Shown here in pieces: positions 1 through 9,300 of a stretch of 64,000 nucleotides of DNA (the stretch's first letter is position 1; each line of letters starts with the position of its first letter). The translations under genes were made by a program, and so were the position numbers. The DNA is from Oligoflexia bacterium. GTDB lineage: Bacteria; Bdellovibrionota; UBA1018. The stretch is from assembly GCA_014376785.1 (NCBI GenBank), contig JACMQW010000037.1, forward strand, positions 1,944 to 65,943, read 5' to 3'. The notes beneath the pieces are model-generated. The model saw only the letters and a list, made by a program, of their open reading frames with translations. It did not search any database and was not told the origin of the DNA.

Positions 1-1364
1 GTCATCCAGAGAATTTTAAGGTCTAAGGAGTAAGACCAGTTCCGAATGTAGAAAAGATCACACTCGATGCGACTTTCTAAAGAAGTATCGCCTCTCCACC
101 CATTCACTTGGGCCCAACCTGTAATTCCGGCTTTCACCTTATGCCTGAGCATGTAGAGGGGAATGTCGTTTCGGAAGCGCTCCACAAAAATCGGACGTTC
201 TGGCCTAGGCCCGACCAGCGACATTTCTCCACGCAGCACATTCCAGAGTTGGGGAAGTTCATCGATCGAAGTGGCGCGCAGAAACGAGCCCATCGGCGTT
301 CTCCGCTCATCATCCTTCGTCGCCCAGACGGCTCCGGTTTCTTTTTCTGCGTCGGTTCTCATCGAACGAAACTTCCACATTCGGAAAGTCTTTCCATCGA
401 TTCCGCACCGTTCTTGTCCGTAAAAGATCGGACCGCGGGAAGTGATCTTTACGAGGACGGCAATCGTGACGAGCAAAGGGGAAATCACGAGCAAACCAAT
501 AGCCGTCAAAATAAAGTCAGTCGCTCGCTTCGCGAAAATTCCGATGCCGTCGAGCGGGGAGTCGTTCAACTTCACGATCGGAAGCCCATCGAAGTCCTCA
601 ATCGCGCAACCGAGCGTGACATAATCCTGAATGTCCGGAACAAGCTGGATGTCGACAGTTTGTTCTCTGAGTTCCCGCAAAATCAGGTCGAGTTCATTTG
701 CGTACTTTCTTGGCAAAGAAATCAGGATTTGGTCGGGAAGATTTTTCCGGAGAATTTCGGCGATCGCGCCGAAGTGACCCAGCACGGGAGCGCCTTGGAT
801 CTCGACCGCGGTGGAATCCGGGGGGGTGATCACGCCTTGAATCGAAATCCCGATTTCCGGAAACCGTTTCAGCTTCCAAATCAGGGTTTCTACCGCCGAT
901 CCCTCCCCGATAATGATCGCAAAACGGAGGTTATGCCCTTTCCGACGAATACTGCGCAGCACGTTCCTAAGGATCAGTCGGAGAGCGATCAAAGAAACTG
1001 CGCCGACCACGCCGAAATAAAGCATCACTCCCCGCGAGTATTTGTACTCCGCGAAAAGATAGGTGAGGGCGATGAAAAGAATCATCGAGGACACATGGGC
1101 ACGCAGAACGACGAATGCTTCAGCGGTGCGGCGGAGCATGCGCTGCGATTGATAAAGCCGAGATCCTGCGAAAACGGCGGACCAAAGGATGACGATGAGG
1201 GGCGTCAAAGCAGCGTATGTCGAGAATTTCGGGAACCCTTTTGTCACTTCTAAGAGGGGTAGGTGAAATCTTAACCAATACGAACTGAGCCATGCGAGGG
1301 CGATAACGCATGCGTCAATGGCTCTGAACGTGATTCCGACGGTTTGATGGTAGCGCTTGAGCAT
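1..1364 (-). CDS. Polyprenyl glycosylphosphotransferase (bacterial sugar transferase, WbaP/WcaJ/EpsB-like); C-terminal end cut by window edge
   Basis: Not in ORF track because it runs off the window. Hand translation of the minus strand from ATG at 1362-1364 gives MLKRYHQTVGITFRAIDACVIALAWL... with N-terminal TM segments. The C-terminal part is the classic Bac_transf domain: ...SRGPIFYGQERCGIDGKTFRMWKFRSMRTDAEKETGAVWATKDDERRTPMGSFLRATSIDELPQLWNVLRGEMSLVGPRPERP...KAGITGWAQVNGWRGDTSLESRIECDLFYIRNWSYSLDLKILWM. The frame is in register with position 3. Confidence 0.85.
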   Translation of the reverse strand, partial: MLKRYHQTVGITFRAIDACVIALAWLSSYWLRFHLPLLEVTKGFPKFSTYAALTPLIVILWSAVFAGSRLYQSQRMLRRTAEAFVVLRAHVSSMILFIALTYLFAEYKYSRGVMLYFGVVGAVSLIALRLILRNVLRSIRRKGHNLRFAIIIGEGSAVETLIWKLKRFPEIGISIQGVITPPDSTAVEIQGAPVLGHFGAIAEILRKNLPDQILISLPRKYANELDLILRELREQTVDIQLVPDIQDYVTLGCAIEDFDGLPIVKLNDSPLDGIGIFAKRATDFILTAIGLLVISPLLVTIAVLVKITSRGPIFYGQERCGIDGKTFRMWKFRSMRTDAEKETGAVWATKDDERRTPMGSFLRATSIDELPQLWNVLRGEMSLVGPRPERPIFVERFRNDIPLYMLRHKVKAGITGWAQVNGWRGDTSLESRIECDLFYIRNWSYSLDLKILWM

Positions 1365-1454
1365 GATTTTCCGAGGACGGTTGTTGCTTGGATGGGTTTT
1401 GCTCTATGTTAGATGAATCGTTCGATTTCATAAATAGAAACGGAGTTCTTCATC

Positions 1455-2954
1455 ATGATTCAGCTTCCACGCTTTGATGCGAAAACCGCCCCCCAAAAGG
1501 CCGACATCGACGTCGTATTCGTCGCCCAAGACAGTTCTAAAAAACCCCTCGCACCGAAGGGGCCTTATTCAGCGCTCGTTGAGCAGTTCCGGAAAACGGA
1601 ATCCTTCGCCGCAAAGATCGGCCAAGTGGCGCTGGTGGCCTTCGGTGGCAAAGGCGGATCGACCAGTGTTGCGCTTGTGGGAATCGGCCCAGTCGCTGAA
1701 ATCACCGAAGAGAAACTTCGTCAGGCCGGGGCTTACACGCTCGCGAAACTTTCAGCGGATAAAGTTTCCTCCGCCCAGATCCTTCTCGACTCCCTCACCG
1801 AAGTGAAAGGCCTTCCAGATACTGAGAAGATGGTTCACGCCTTTGCGGAAGGCTACGCGATGTCCGCGTATAAATTTGATAAGTATAAAAACGACGCAAA
1901 GCCTGACGAAACCGTCGGACCGTCCAAAGTCACTTACGTCTCAAAAACGATGAAAGCGAATCTCACCGACATCTTAAAAGATGTGACGATGGTCGCAGAA
2001 TCGATGAACGTGACCCGAGATTGGTCGAATGAACCTGCAAACTACGGAACTCCCGAATATTTCGCGCGCGAAGCTCAGCGCCTCGGTCGCCAATACGGAA
2101 TCAGCTGTAAAGTCTTAACTGAGAAAGACGCCGCGAAAGAAAAGATGGGTCTGTTCTTGGCCGTCGGCCAAGGTTCGGTCCGCGAAGGACGAATCGTTGT
2201 CATGGATTACAACCCGAAAGGCGCGAAGAAAACCGTCGCGTTGGTCGGGAAGGGCGTCACTTTTGATAGCGGCGGAATCTCGATTAAGCCTTCCTTGAAA
2301 ATGGAAGACATGAAGCACGATATGACGGGCGCCGCGACTATGATGGGGGCCCTTCTCCTAGCGGCGCGCCGGAAAACGAAAAACCGCGTCCTTGCGATTC
2401 TCGCATTCACGGAAAATATGCCATCGGGTGATGCCGTCGTTCCATCCAGCGTCGTCTACGCACGCTCCGGAAAATCGGTGGAAATTATCAATACCGATGC
2501 CGAAGGCCGCCTGATTTTAGCCGATGTGCTCGATTACGCCCACGACTTTAAACCTGACGTGATCGTGAACGCAGCCACGTTAACCGGTGCTTGTGGCGTG
2601 GCGCTGGGTAAGCATTGCGCGGGGCTGATGGGCAATGATCGTGGGTTGATCGATGAAATGCATCGCCTCTCGAATGAATTTTTCGAGCGTACGTGGGAAC
2701 TCCCGCTCTATGATGACTACTTCGAAGACCTGAAATCCGACGTCGCCGATATGAAAAACTCGGCAAACGACGGAATGGGCGGCACGATCCGCGGCGGAAT
2801 TTTTCTGAAGCAATTCATTCGTAAAGGGATGCCTTGGTGCCATCTGGACATCGCCTACACGGCGAACCACATGGGACAAATTCCTTATTACCCGAAAAAA
2901 GGCGGAAGCGGCATGCACGTGCGGACGCTGGCCCATTTCGCAGCTGAATATTAA
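1455..2954 (+). CDS. pepA: Leucyl aminopeptidase (M17 family)
   Basis: 499-aa ORF with M17 hallmarks VGKGVTFDSGGISIKP, MKHDMTGAA and NTDAEGRLILAD. GGAG lies ~11 nt upstream of the ATG. Confidence 0.9.
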   Translation: MIQLPRFDAKTAPQKADIDVVFVAQDSSKKPLAPKGPYSALVEQFRKTESFAAKIGQVALVAFGGKGGSTSVALVGIGPVAEITEEKLRQAGAYTLAKLSADKVSSAQILLDSLTEVKGLPDTEKMVHAFAEGYAMSAYKFDKYKNDAKPDETVGPSKVTYVSKTMKANLTDILKDVTMVAESMNVTRDWSNEPANYGTPEYFAREAQRLGRQYGISCKVLTEKDAAKEKMGLFLAVGQGSVREGRIVVMDYNPKGAKKTVALVGKGVTFDSGGISIKPSLKMEDMKHDMTGAATMMGALLLAARRKTKNRVLAILAFTENMPSGDAVVPSSVVYARSGKSVEIINTDAEGRLILADVLDYAHDFKPDVIVNAATLTGACGVALGKHCAGLMGNDRGLIDEMHRLSNEFFERTWELPLYDDYFEDLKSDVADMKNSANDGMGGTIRGGIFLKQFIRKGMPWCHLDIAYTANHMGQIPYYPKKGGSGMHVRTLAHFAAEY

Positions 2955-2979
2955 TCACTAAACGTCGAGGATTTCTTTC

Positions 2980-4302
2980 ATGAGTTTTAATCGTTTTTTC
3001 ATTGAAGACGCCGCAAAATTTGAAGGCCAGATCATCACCCTGAAAGGGTGGGTTTATAACAAACGCTCATCTGGAAAAATTAAGTTTCTGATGATGCGGG
3101 ATGGAACCGGTCTCATGCAATGCGTGCTCTTCAAAGGCGAATGCGATGATGCCGCTTTCGAAGAATTTGAAAAACTCACGCAGGAATCCTCGGTCGAAGT
3201 GACCGGAGTGATCAAAAAAGAGGGGCGTTCCGCGGGCGGATTTGAAATGGGAGTAAAGTCCCTGAAAATCGTGAGCGTCGCGGAACCCTACCCGATTTCT
3301 CCAAAAGAACACGGCGTCGAGTTTTTAATGAACCATCGGCACCTCTGGATCCGTTCCCAGCGCCAGTGGGCGGCACTCCGAGTTCGCGCAGAAATTATCC
3401 GTTCGATTCAGGAATACTTCGATCAACTCGGGTTTGTTCGGTTCGATGCGCCGATTCTCACTCCGAATTCTTGTGAAGGAACTTCGACGCTGTTTTCGAC
3501 TTCGTACTTTGAGGAGAAAGCATTTCTGACCCAATCCGGCCAGCTCTATGGTGAAACCGGCGCGATGGCGTTTGGAAAAGTTTATACCTTCGGACCGACC
3601 TTTCGCGCAGAGAAGTCTGCCACCCGGAAACATTTGACCGAGTTTTGGATGATCGAACCCGAAGTCGCATTCATGACGCTCGAAGAGAACATGCAACTCG
3701 GCGAGGGACTGATTGAGCACATCGCGCAGAGCTGTCTAAAAAACCGAGCGAAGGAACTCCAGATCCTCGAGCGTGACCTTTCGAAGCTTGAAATTTTGAA
3801 AGGGCCGTTTCCGCGGATCAGCTACGACGAAGCGCTGAAAATTTTAGAGAAGCGCGGCGTTCCGATTCCTTGGGGTGAAGATTTCGGTGCTCCCCACGAA
3901 GCGGCGCTCGGCGAAGAATTCGGCAAGCCCGTTTTTGTTCACCACATGCCTTCCCAAATCAAAGCTTTCTATTTCAAGCAGTCGGACACGCATTTCGGCG
4001 ATGCATCGACTACGACTGGGAAATATGCGTTCGGTTGCGATCTGATTGCACCGGATGGATACGGGGAAATCATCGGCGGAGGCCAGCGTGAAGAAAACGC
4101 AGAAGTCCTACAGCGCCGAATTAAGGAACACGAACTGAACCAAGCAGACTACGAATGGTATCTCGACCTTCGCCGTTATGGATCCGTTCCTCACTCGGGC
4201 TTCGGACTGGGGCTTGAGCGAACGGTGGCATGGATGACGGGAGTTCCGCACGTTCGTGAGACAGTCCCGTATCCACGCATGATGAATACTTTGCGGCCCT
4301 AG
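2980..4302 (+). CDS. asnS: Asparagine--tRNA ligase
   Basis: 440 aa. N-terminal OB-fold anticodon domain (GWVYNKRSSGKIKFLMMRDGTG), class II motifs (FGPTFRAEKS, GGGQRE, GFGLGLERTVAW) and a C-terminal YPR...RP typical of AsnRS. Confidence 0.9.
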   Translation: MSFNRFFIEDAAKFEGQIITLKGWVYNKRSSGKIKFLMMRDGTGLMQCVLFKGECDDAAFEEFEKLTQESSVEVTGVIKKEGRSAGGFEMGVKSLKIVSVAEPYPISPKEHGVEFLMNHRHLWIRSQRQWAALRVRAEIIRSIQEYFDQLGFVRFDAPILTPNSCEGTSTLFSTSYFEEKAFLTQSGQLYGETGAMAFGKVYTFGPTFRAEKSATRKHLTEFWMIEPEVAFMTLEENMQLGEGLIEHIAQSCLKNRAKELQILERDLSKLEILKGPFPRISYDEALKILEKRGVPIPWGEDFGAPHEAALGEEFGKPVFVHHMPSQIKAFYFKQSDTHFGDASTTTGKYAFGCDLIAPDGYGEIIGGGQREENAEVLQRRIKEHELNQADYEWYLDLRRYGSVPHSGFGLGLERTVAWMTGVPHVRETVPYPRMMNTLRP

Positions 4303-4314
4303 GACGGATTCGAT

Positions 4315-4779
4315 ATGGCCTATGATTTTCACGTTGTTTTAGTAGAACCCGAAATTCCGCAAAATACGGGCTCGATCGGTAGACTGTGTTTGGCGAGCGG
4401 CTGCACTCTCCACTTAGTTGAACCCCTGGGATTTGATGTTTCTGAATCCGCGGTTCGCCGCGCGGGTCTCGATTACTGGGAGCATTTAAAGGTCGTCATG
4501 CATCCTTCAGTCGAATCGTTTTTCCAAACCTTACCTAAAGACGCCCCGAAAGTTTTTCTTTCAAAAAAAGCGGGGAAAACGATTTACGAACATGAATTTG
4601 CGCCAGGAACTTATTTTATATTTGGAAAGGAAACCGCGGGTTTGCCTGACTGGGTTTTGAATCGATACGCTGCGGATTGCGTCCGCATTCCGATGTTCGA
4701 CGCCCGAGTGCGTTCGTTGAACATCGCGACCGCAGTCGGAATATCGGTGTACGAGGGCGTTCGCCAACTCGGGGGCTAA
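4315..4779 (+). CDS. trmL: tRNA (cytidine/uridine(34)-2'-O)-methyltransferase TrmL (SpoU/TrmH family)
   Basis: 154 aa. Near-colinear with E. coli TrmL/YibK by eye: VVLVEPEIPQNTGSIGRLC...LHLVEPLGF...RRAGLDYW...IFGKETAGLP...RIPM...RSLNIATAVGISVYE. Confidence 0.85.
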   Translation: MAYDFHVVLVEPEIPQNTGSIGRLCLASGCTLHLVEPLGFDVSESAVRRAGLDYWEHLKVVMHPSVESFFQTLPKDAPKVFLSKKAGKTIYEHEFAPGTYFIFGKETAGLPDWVLNRYAADCVRIPMFDARVRSLNIATAVGISVYEGVRQLGG

Positions 4780-4829
4780 TCCTTTCGCTTGATTGACACT
4801 CAACGTAAAGCTTGGGAAAATGAAAGCCT

Positions 4830-5285
4830 ATGACACCCAAGCTCGCGCACCGATTTGCGGATTACATGCAATATCACCAGACCCCTGGCAATAAGGTGAC
4901 GCATTACATCGGCATTCCGTTGATTGTGATTTCCCTCTTAGGCCTCCTCTCCCGCGTGACCTTCGGCGCAGAAGCTTTTCACGAATCGATTCTTCGGCCT
5001 GACCTCGGCTGGGTGATGTGGGCTCTCGCATCGATTTATTATCTCTATTTGGATTGGAAGCTTGCTCTCCCTTTCTCTCTGGTTCTTGTTGGCTGCTATT
5101 TGATTGGAAGGTCGCTGCCTTTAGAGGCCCAAATCATCCTTCAGGTCATCGGTTGGATCTCTCAGTACGTCGGTCACCTGAAGTACGAAAAAAAGAACCC
5201 GGCCTTTTACCAAAACATCATGCAGACTTTAATCGGGCCGCTTTGGGTATTTGCCCGCATGATCCGTTACACAGAAAAACGCTGA
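4830..5285 (+). CDS. Mpo1-like / DUF962 family membrane protein
   Basis: 151 aa with multiple TM segments. Family-typical YHQTPGNKVTHYIGIPLIV and VGHLKYEKKNPAF motifs. Confidence 0.7.
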   Translation: MTPKLAHRFADYMQYHQTPGNKVTHYIGIPLIVISLLGLLSRVTFGAEAFHESILRPDLGWVMWALASIYYLYLDWKLALPFSLVLVGCYLIGRSLPLEAQIILQVIGWISQYVGHLKYEKKNPAFYQNIMQTLIGPLWVFARMIRYTEKR

Positions 5286-5812
5286 CGCTTTTTATTCCAA
5301 AAATCGAAGGCGAGACAGAGCGCTCCGATCGCTTCGGTCAGAAAAAGAAAAGGATGCCCTACCGCTTTGAGGTGTTCCCCTAAATTTGCGAAAGGCATCG
5401 TACCGAAGTGAGCGCTCAGTTCTCCTCCGTAAAAAGGGAAGAATGCAGCCATGGCGAGTGACGATTCCCCCGATAGCCCGGAGACGACTTGGCTCCAGAG
5501 ATCTTGAAATCCGTCGAGAAAAAGATGGGTGGCCATCCCCAGAGTGACCGCCGTGAGACGCTTCGATTTTTTAACCGAGGCGACGGCAGCCATCGTCAGT
5601 AGAAGAATTCCGGTGTGCCCGACGGTACGGGTGCATGAAATGAAGCCGAGATCGCTGCCTCTTTTTCCGGTAAAAAGGGAAAGGCCATAATAAAGTGGCT
5701 TGTCGATCAGGTCGGGAAGAATCGTCCCGAACAAAAGCCATCCATAGGAAAGTTTTCGCGAAAATGGAGCAGCAATTTTAGCCCCGATTCCGAGATGGCC
5801 GAGTTCCCACAT
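5267..5812 (-). CDS. Membrane-bound metal-dependent hydrolase-like protein (DUF457/YdjM-like)
   Basis: 181 aa, hydrophobic, with His/Asp-bearing segments (GHLGIG, ILPDLIDKP, GHTG, THLFLD) resembling DUF457. Its 3' end overlaps the convergent gene by 19 nt. Confidence 0.5.
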   Translation of the reverse strand: MWELGHLGIGAKIAAPFSRKLSYGWLLFGTILPDLIDKPLYYGLSLFTGKRGSDLGFISCTRTVGHTGILLLTMAAVASVKKSKRLTAVTLGMATHLFLDGFQDLWSQVVSGLSGESSLAMAAFFPFYGGELSAHFGTMPFANLGEHLKAVGHPFLFLTEAIGALCLAFDFWNKKRQRFSV

Positions 5813-6289
5813 TTACTTGATTTTCGTCTCATGGCATCGGAGGTCCTCATCGTCGATGCAATGGGAAGGGCCAAATTTAACTGCGCAGAGGTGTTTCACT
5901 TTTAGCCGAGCGTCAGCCACTGACTTTCCATAAGCCTCAAATTTTGTAATCAGTGCCTGATAACTGCAAAAGAATGCCATTTCCGGGTCAGTGGAAGGCA
6001 AAGGCGCGCTCACTTCCGTCACGTCAGAAGGAATGGGTGCGGATTCTGAGTCTTTTTCCGATTCGGAGTTTCCAACGTCCTCTGATGAATTTTTCGACTC
6101 AGCAGAGGAGACAGATTTCGGCTTAGCGACCGAACGAATTTTTGGGTGTGTCGCACGGATCTTCTCGCCGGAAGCGTCCGGCGGGCTTTTCGAAGTCGCG
6201 CACGAAGAGAGAACGGCTGCGAGAGCCATTGCAGAGACCAAGAAAACAAAAAGTGGAAAGAGCGTCGAGTTCCAATCCGTTTTAGTCAT
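5813..6289 (-). CDS. Hypothetical lipoprotein with low-complexity Ser/Glu linker and Cys-rich C-terminal domain
   Basis: 158 aa. Signal peptide with a lipobox-like LSSC, an acidic S/E-rich linker and 4 Cys in the last ~55 aa. The start overlaps the upstream gene stop by 4 nt, and the ORF abuts the downstream start codon. Confidence 0.55.
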   Translation of the reverse strand: MTKTDWNSTLFPLFVFLVSAMALAAVLSSCATSKSPPDASGEKIRATHPKIRSVAKPKSVSSAESKNSSEDVGNSESEKDSESAPIPSDVTEVSAPLPSTDPEMAFFCSYQALITKFEAYGKSVADARLKVKHLCAVKFGPSHCIDDEDLRCHETKIK

Positions 6290-7350
6290 TCCCGTTCACC
6301 CTCGTTCGTTAGTACAATTTTTCCGAAAACTTTTCGGGTTTCCAATAAATCCATCGCTATTCGCAGCTCGCTCATAGGTAAAACGCGATCAATCATGGGA
6401 ATTAATTTTCCCTGAGCGACGAGTTCGACGATTCGAATCAGGTCCCCTTTGGAACCCATAGTCGTTCCTAGGAGAGAAAGATTTTTAAAGAAGAGTGCCT
6501 TTAAGTCGAGTGAAATTTCACTCCCACTCGTCGCGCCACAAGTGGCGAGTCTTCCACCCCAGGCAAGGCTTCGCATCGATTCGGAAAAAGTGTCTGCGCC
6601 GACATGATCGATCGCGACTTCGACCCCTTTTTTTCCATGAAGTTTCAAAATTTTCTTCAGCTCGTCTCGAAACTTCGTTCGGCGGTAAGGAATGACGAAG
6701 TCCGCGCCGATCGCTTTGGCTTTTTCAATCTTTTCGTCACTTCCGACTGTGGTTACGACCGTGGCGCCGAAGAGTTTGCAAATTTGGATCGCGGCCATCG
6801 AAACTCCGCTTCCTCCTGCCTGAATCAGCACCCACTCTCCGGGTTTCACCGCAGCTTTCCGAACCACCATCGTCCAAGCCGTCAGATAGGGAATGCCGAT
6901 GGAGGCCGCCGTTTCGAATGAGAGCGAATCCGGTAGGGGGATGAGGTTTGAGACCGGGACTACAAGCGAGTCTGAACAGCCGCCGTTCATCGTTTCGCCT
7001 AAGATTCCGAAAGTGGTACAGAGGGGGTCGGCTCCGCTCAAACACGCTTCGCAGTGGCCACAGGAAATTCCAGGCGAGACTAAAACACCGCTTCCTGTCT
7101 GCAGCGTTGGAAAGGCGGCTTGGGCCCCCGGTCCGAACTCTGAGATGACCCCTGAACTATCCGTTCCCGGAGTCAGGGGGAGCGGAAACGAATGTCCGGG
7201 AACACCCTTCCTCACCCAAACGTCTAGGTGATTCATCCCGACCGCTTTTACGGAAACGCGAACACTCATCGGAGGTAGAGCGTCAGGAGCGACTTCGCAT
7301 CGCTTCAGGACTTCATTTCCTCCGTGCTGGTCGATCCGCCACGCCTTCAT
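6286..7350 (-). CDS. Zinc-type alcohol dehydrogenase / MDR-family NAD(P)-dependent oxidoreductase
   Basis: 354 aa. GHCEAC structural-zinc-like motif, Rossmann segment VLIQAGGSGVS and a typical MDR layout. Confidence 0.8.
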   Translation of the reverse strand: MKAWRIDQHGGNEVLKRCEVAPDALPPMSVRVSVKAVGMNHLDVWVRKGVPGHSFPLPLTPGTDSSGVISEFGPGAQAAFPTLQTGSGVLVSPGISCGHCEACLSGADPLCTTFGILGETMNGGCSDSLVVPVSNLIPLPDSLSFETAASIGIPYLTAWTMVVRKAAVKPGEWVLIQAGGSGVSMAAIQICKLFGATVVTTVGSDEKIEKAKAIGADFVIPYRRTKFRDELKKILKLHGKKGVEVAIDHVGADTFSESMRSLAWGGRLATCGATSGSEISLDLKALFFKNLSLLGTTMGSKGDLIRIVELVAQGKLIPMIDRVLPMSELRIAMDLLETRKVFGKIVLTNEGERE

Positions 7351-7355
7351 TAAAT

Positions 7356-8318
7356 TTACCGCTGCAGACTTGCGACGATCGCTTTCGCGGAAATGCCATG
7401 AAGATCGTAGAGCTCATCGGCTTCTCCGGATTCTCCGAAAAGATCCTGAACACCATACTTCACAAGCCTCGGATGACGATCGAGCCCAGCAAGGGTTTCC
7501 GCGACGCAACTCCCGAGTCCACCGATTACCGAATGGTCTTCGACCGTGATCACTCGTTCAGCATCGACCGAAACTGCAATCACACCCGCTTCGTCAAAAG
7601 GCTTCAAGCTGTGAACGTTATAAACCGCAATCGAGAAAGGGCTTCCCTCGGCGTCTAAAAGATCGGCCGCTTTCACCGCTTCCGCAGTTCCCGCGCCGCT
7701 TCCGAAAGCCACGATCTTCTTCTTTCCAGCGACGGCTTCGCGGATCTTCAGAATTTTTCCGGCTTCCCATTTCGCGCCCGTTTTCGCGGATACGGCCATG
7801 AGATCGGGAAGGTTCTGGCGAGTGAGGCGAACATAGGCAGGCCCGACCCACTTCTCCACGAGATAATCCATGATGAGTTCGGTCTCGCGCGCATCCATCG
7901 GTTGGAAAACCCCCATCGTCGGAAGAGCGCGCATCAGAGTGATGTCTTCCAGTCCCATTTGGGAGTGCCCATCATCGCCGATACCGACGCCGGCGTGAGT
8001 GCCGATGAGGCGAACATTTGCGCCAGAATACGCCACCGAGAGACGAATCGTGTCGTAGCGGCCCGTGATGAATGCGCCGAAGCTACAGAGAAACGGAAGT
8101 TTTCCGCTGAACGAAAGTCCCGCAGCGGCTCCGATCATATTTGCTTCGGAAATTCCCATTTCAAAAAACCGTTCCGGAAATTTCTTTGCGAAAATTTCGG
8201 ACTTAGTCGACTTCGCAAGGTCTGCATCGAGGACGACGATTTGTTTATTCTTCTCGCCCCATGCTGCGAGTGATTCACCAAAAGCTTGGCGTGTGGATTT
8301 CGACATCTTAGTTTCCAC
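7356..8318 (-). CDS. Transketolase, C-terminal (pyrimidine-binding/C-terminal domain) subunit
   Basis: 320 aa. FFEMGISEANMIGAAAGL and GTHAGVGIGDDGHSQMGLED are typical of the split-transketolase B subunit. Confidence 0.85.
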   Translation of the reverse strand: METKMSKSTRQAFGESLAAWGEKNKQIVVLDADLAKSTKSEIFAKKFPERFFEMGISEANMIGAAAGLSFSGKLPFLCSFGAFITGRYDTIRLSVAYSGANVRLIGTHAGVGIGDDGHSQMGLEDITLMRALPTMGVFQPMDARETELIMDYLVEKWVGPAYVRLTRQNLPDLMAVSAKTGAKWEAGKILKIREAVAGKKKIVAFGSGAGTAEAVKAADLLDAEGSPFSIAVYNVHSLKPFDEAGVIAVSVDAERVITVEDHSVIGGLGSCVAETLAGLDRHPRLVKYGVQDLFGESGEADELYDLHGISAKAIVASLQR

Positions 8319-9186
8319 CTTTCAGAGGGGAAGAAAGTTTTCTGAGTTCAGATAATTTGGTGTTCAGCTCTCCGCGAGCGCGGTCACGCTCCTCGATTTT
8401 AGGAACGACGCCATGCCAGCCGATTTGGTTTTCCATGAAAGAGACGCCTTTTCCTTTCACAGTTCGCGCGATGATGAATACGGGCTTCTTCCCTTTTTCG
8501 GCTGAGAGGCGATCAAACTCCGAGTAGGCCGCGCGAATCGCATCGAAATCATGGCCGTCAATTTCGAGCACATGCCATCCGAAGCTTTCCCACTTAGCGC
8601 GAAGCGGTTCGAGCGGCATCACTTCTGAAACGGGGCCGTCGATCTGGCCACCGTTTGCGTCTAAGATCGCGCAGAGGTTTGAGAGGCCGAATTTCGGTGC
8701 GGATAAAGCAGATTCCCAGATTTGTCCTTCTTGAATTTCTCCATCACCCAGAACGCAAAAAACGCGTCCAGGTTTTCCGTCCATTTTCAACGCCATCGCC
8801 ATTCCCTGCGCGACGGAAAGGCCCTGGCCGAGTGAGCCGGTAGAAGCTTCAACGATCGGCATCCGGACACGGTCGGGGTGTCCTTGGAGGCGGCTTCCGG
8901 TTTTACGCAGCGTCATGAGTTCTTCGACGTCGATGAATCCTTTTTTCGCCAAAATCGCGTAGAGTGCGGGAACGCCATGCCCTTTAGAGAGGATGAAATG
9001 GTCGCGATCAGCCGCCAGATTTTTTGCAGACTCTACGCCACGCATCGTGGAAAACCATAAGCCCGTGAGAAGGTCGATCATCGAGAGACTGCCCCCGGGA
9101 TGTCCGGACTTCGCTTCGGTGAGCATATCGATGATTTGGATGCGGAATTCCTGGGAGAGGACGGCCAGTTCGCTTGAAGATTTCAT
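8308..9186 (-). CDS. Transketolase, N-terminal (thiamine diphosphate-binding) subunit
   Basis: 292 aa with SGHPGGSLS, SKGHGVPALYA and the TPP-binding motif GDGEIQEGQIWE. Overlaps the downstream subunit gene by 11 nt. Confidence 0.85.
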   Translation of the reverse strand: MKSSSELAVLSQEFRIQIIDMLTEAKSGHPGGSLSMIDLLTGLWFSTMRGVESAKNLAADRDHFILSKGHGVPALYAILAKKGFIDVEELMTLRKTGSRLQGHPDRVRMPIVEASTGSLGQGLSVAQGMAMALKMDGKPGRVFCVLGDGEIQEGQIWESALSAPKFGLSNLCAILDANGGQIDGPVSEVMPLEPLRAKWESFGWHVLEIDGHDFDAIRAAYSEFDRLSAEKGKKPVFIIARTVKGKGVSFMENQIGWHGVVPKIEERDRARGELNTKLSELRKLSSPLKGGN

Positions 9187-9300
9187 GCCTCAGTCATCGC
9201 ATGTGACCTGAAATCCGTCGAGGGGCGAAAATCGCCCTGAAAAGTCTGCCGGTTAGGATCTCGGATTGACGCTGGATGGCGCTTTGTTAGACTGGGGTTC

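Noticed and set aside
108-1253. 381-aa plus-strand ORF, the longest track ORF at the start of the window
   Set aside because: Its translation is low-complexity and Arg/His/Asp-rich with no motifs. The opposite strand encodes an unmistakable sugar phosphotransferase (Bac_transf domain) across the same DNA, so this is a shadow ORF.
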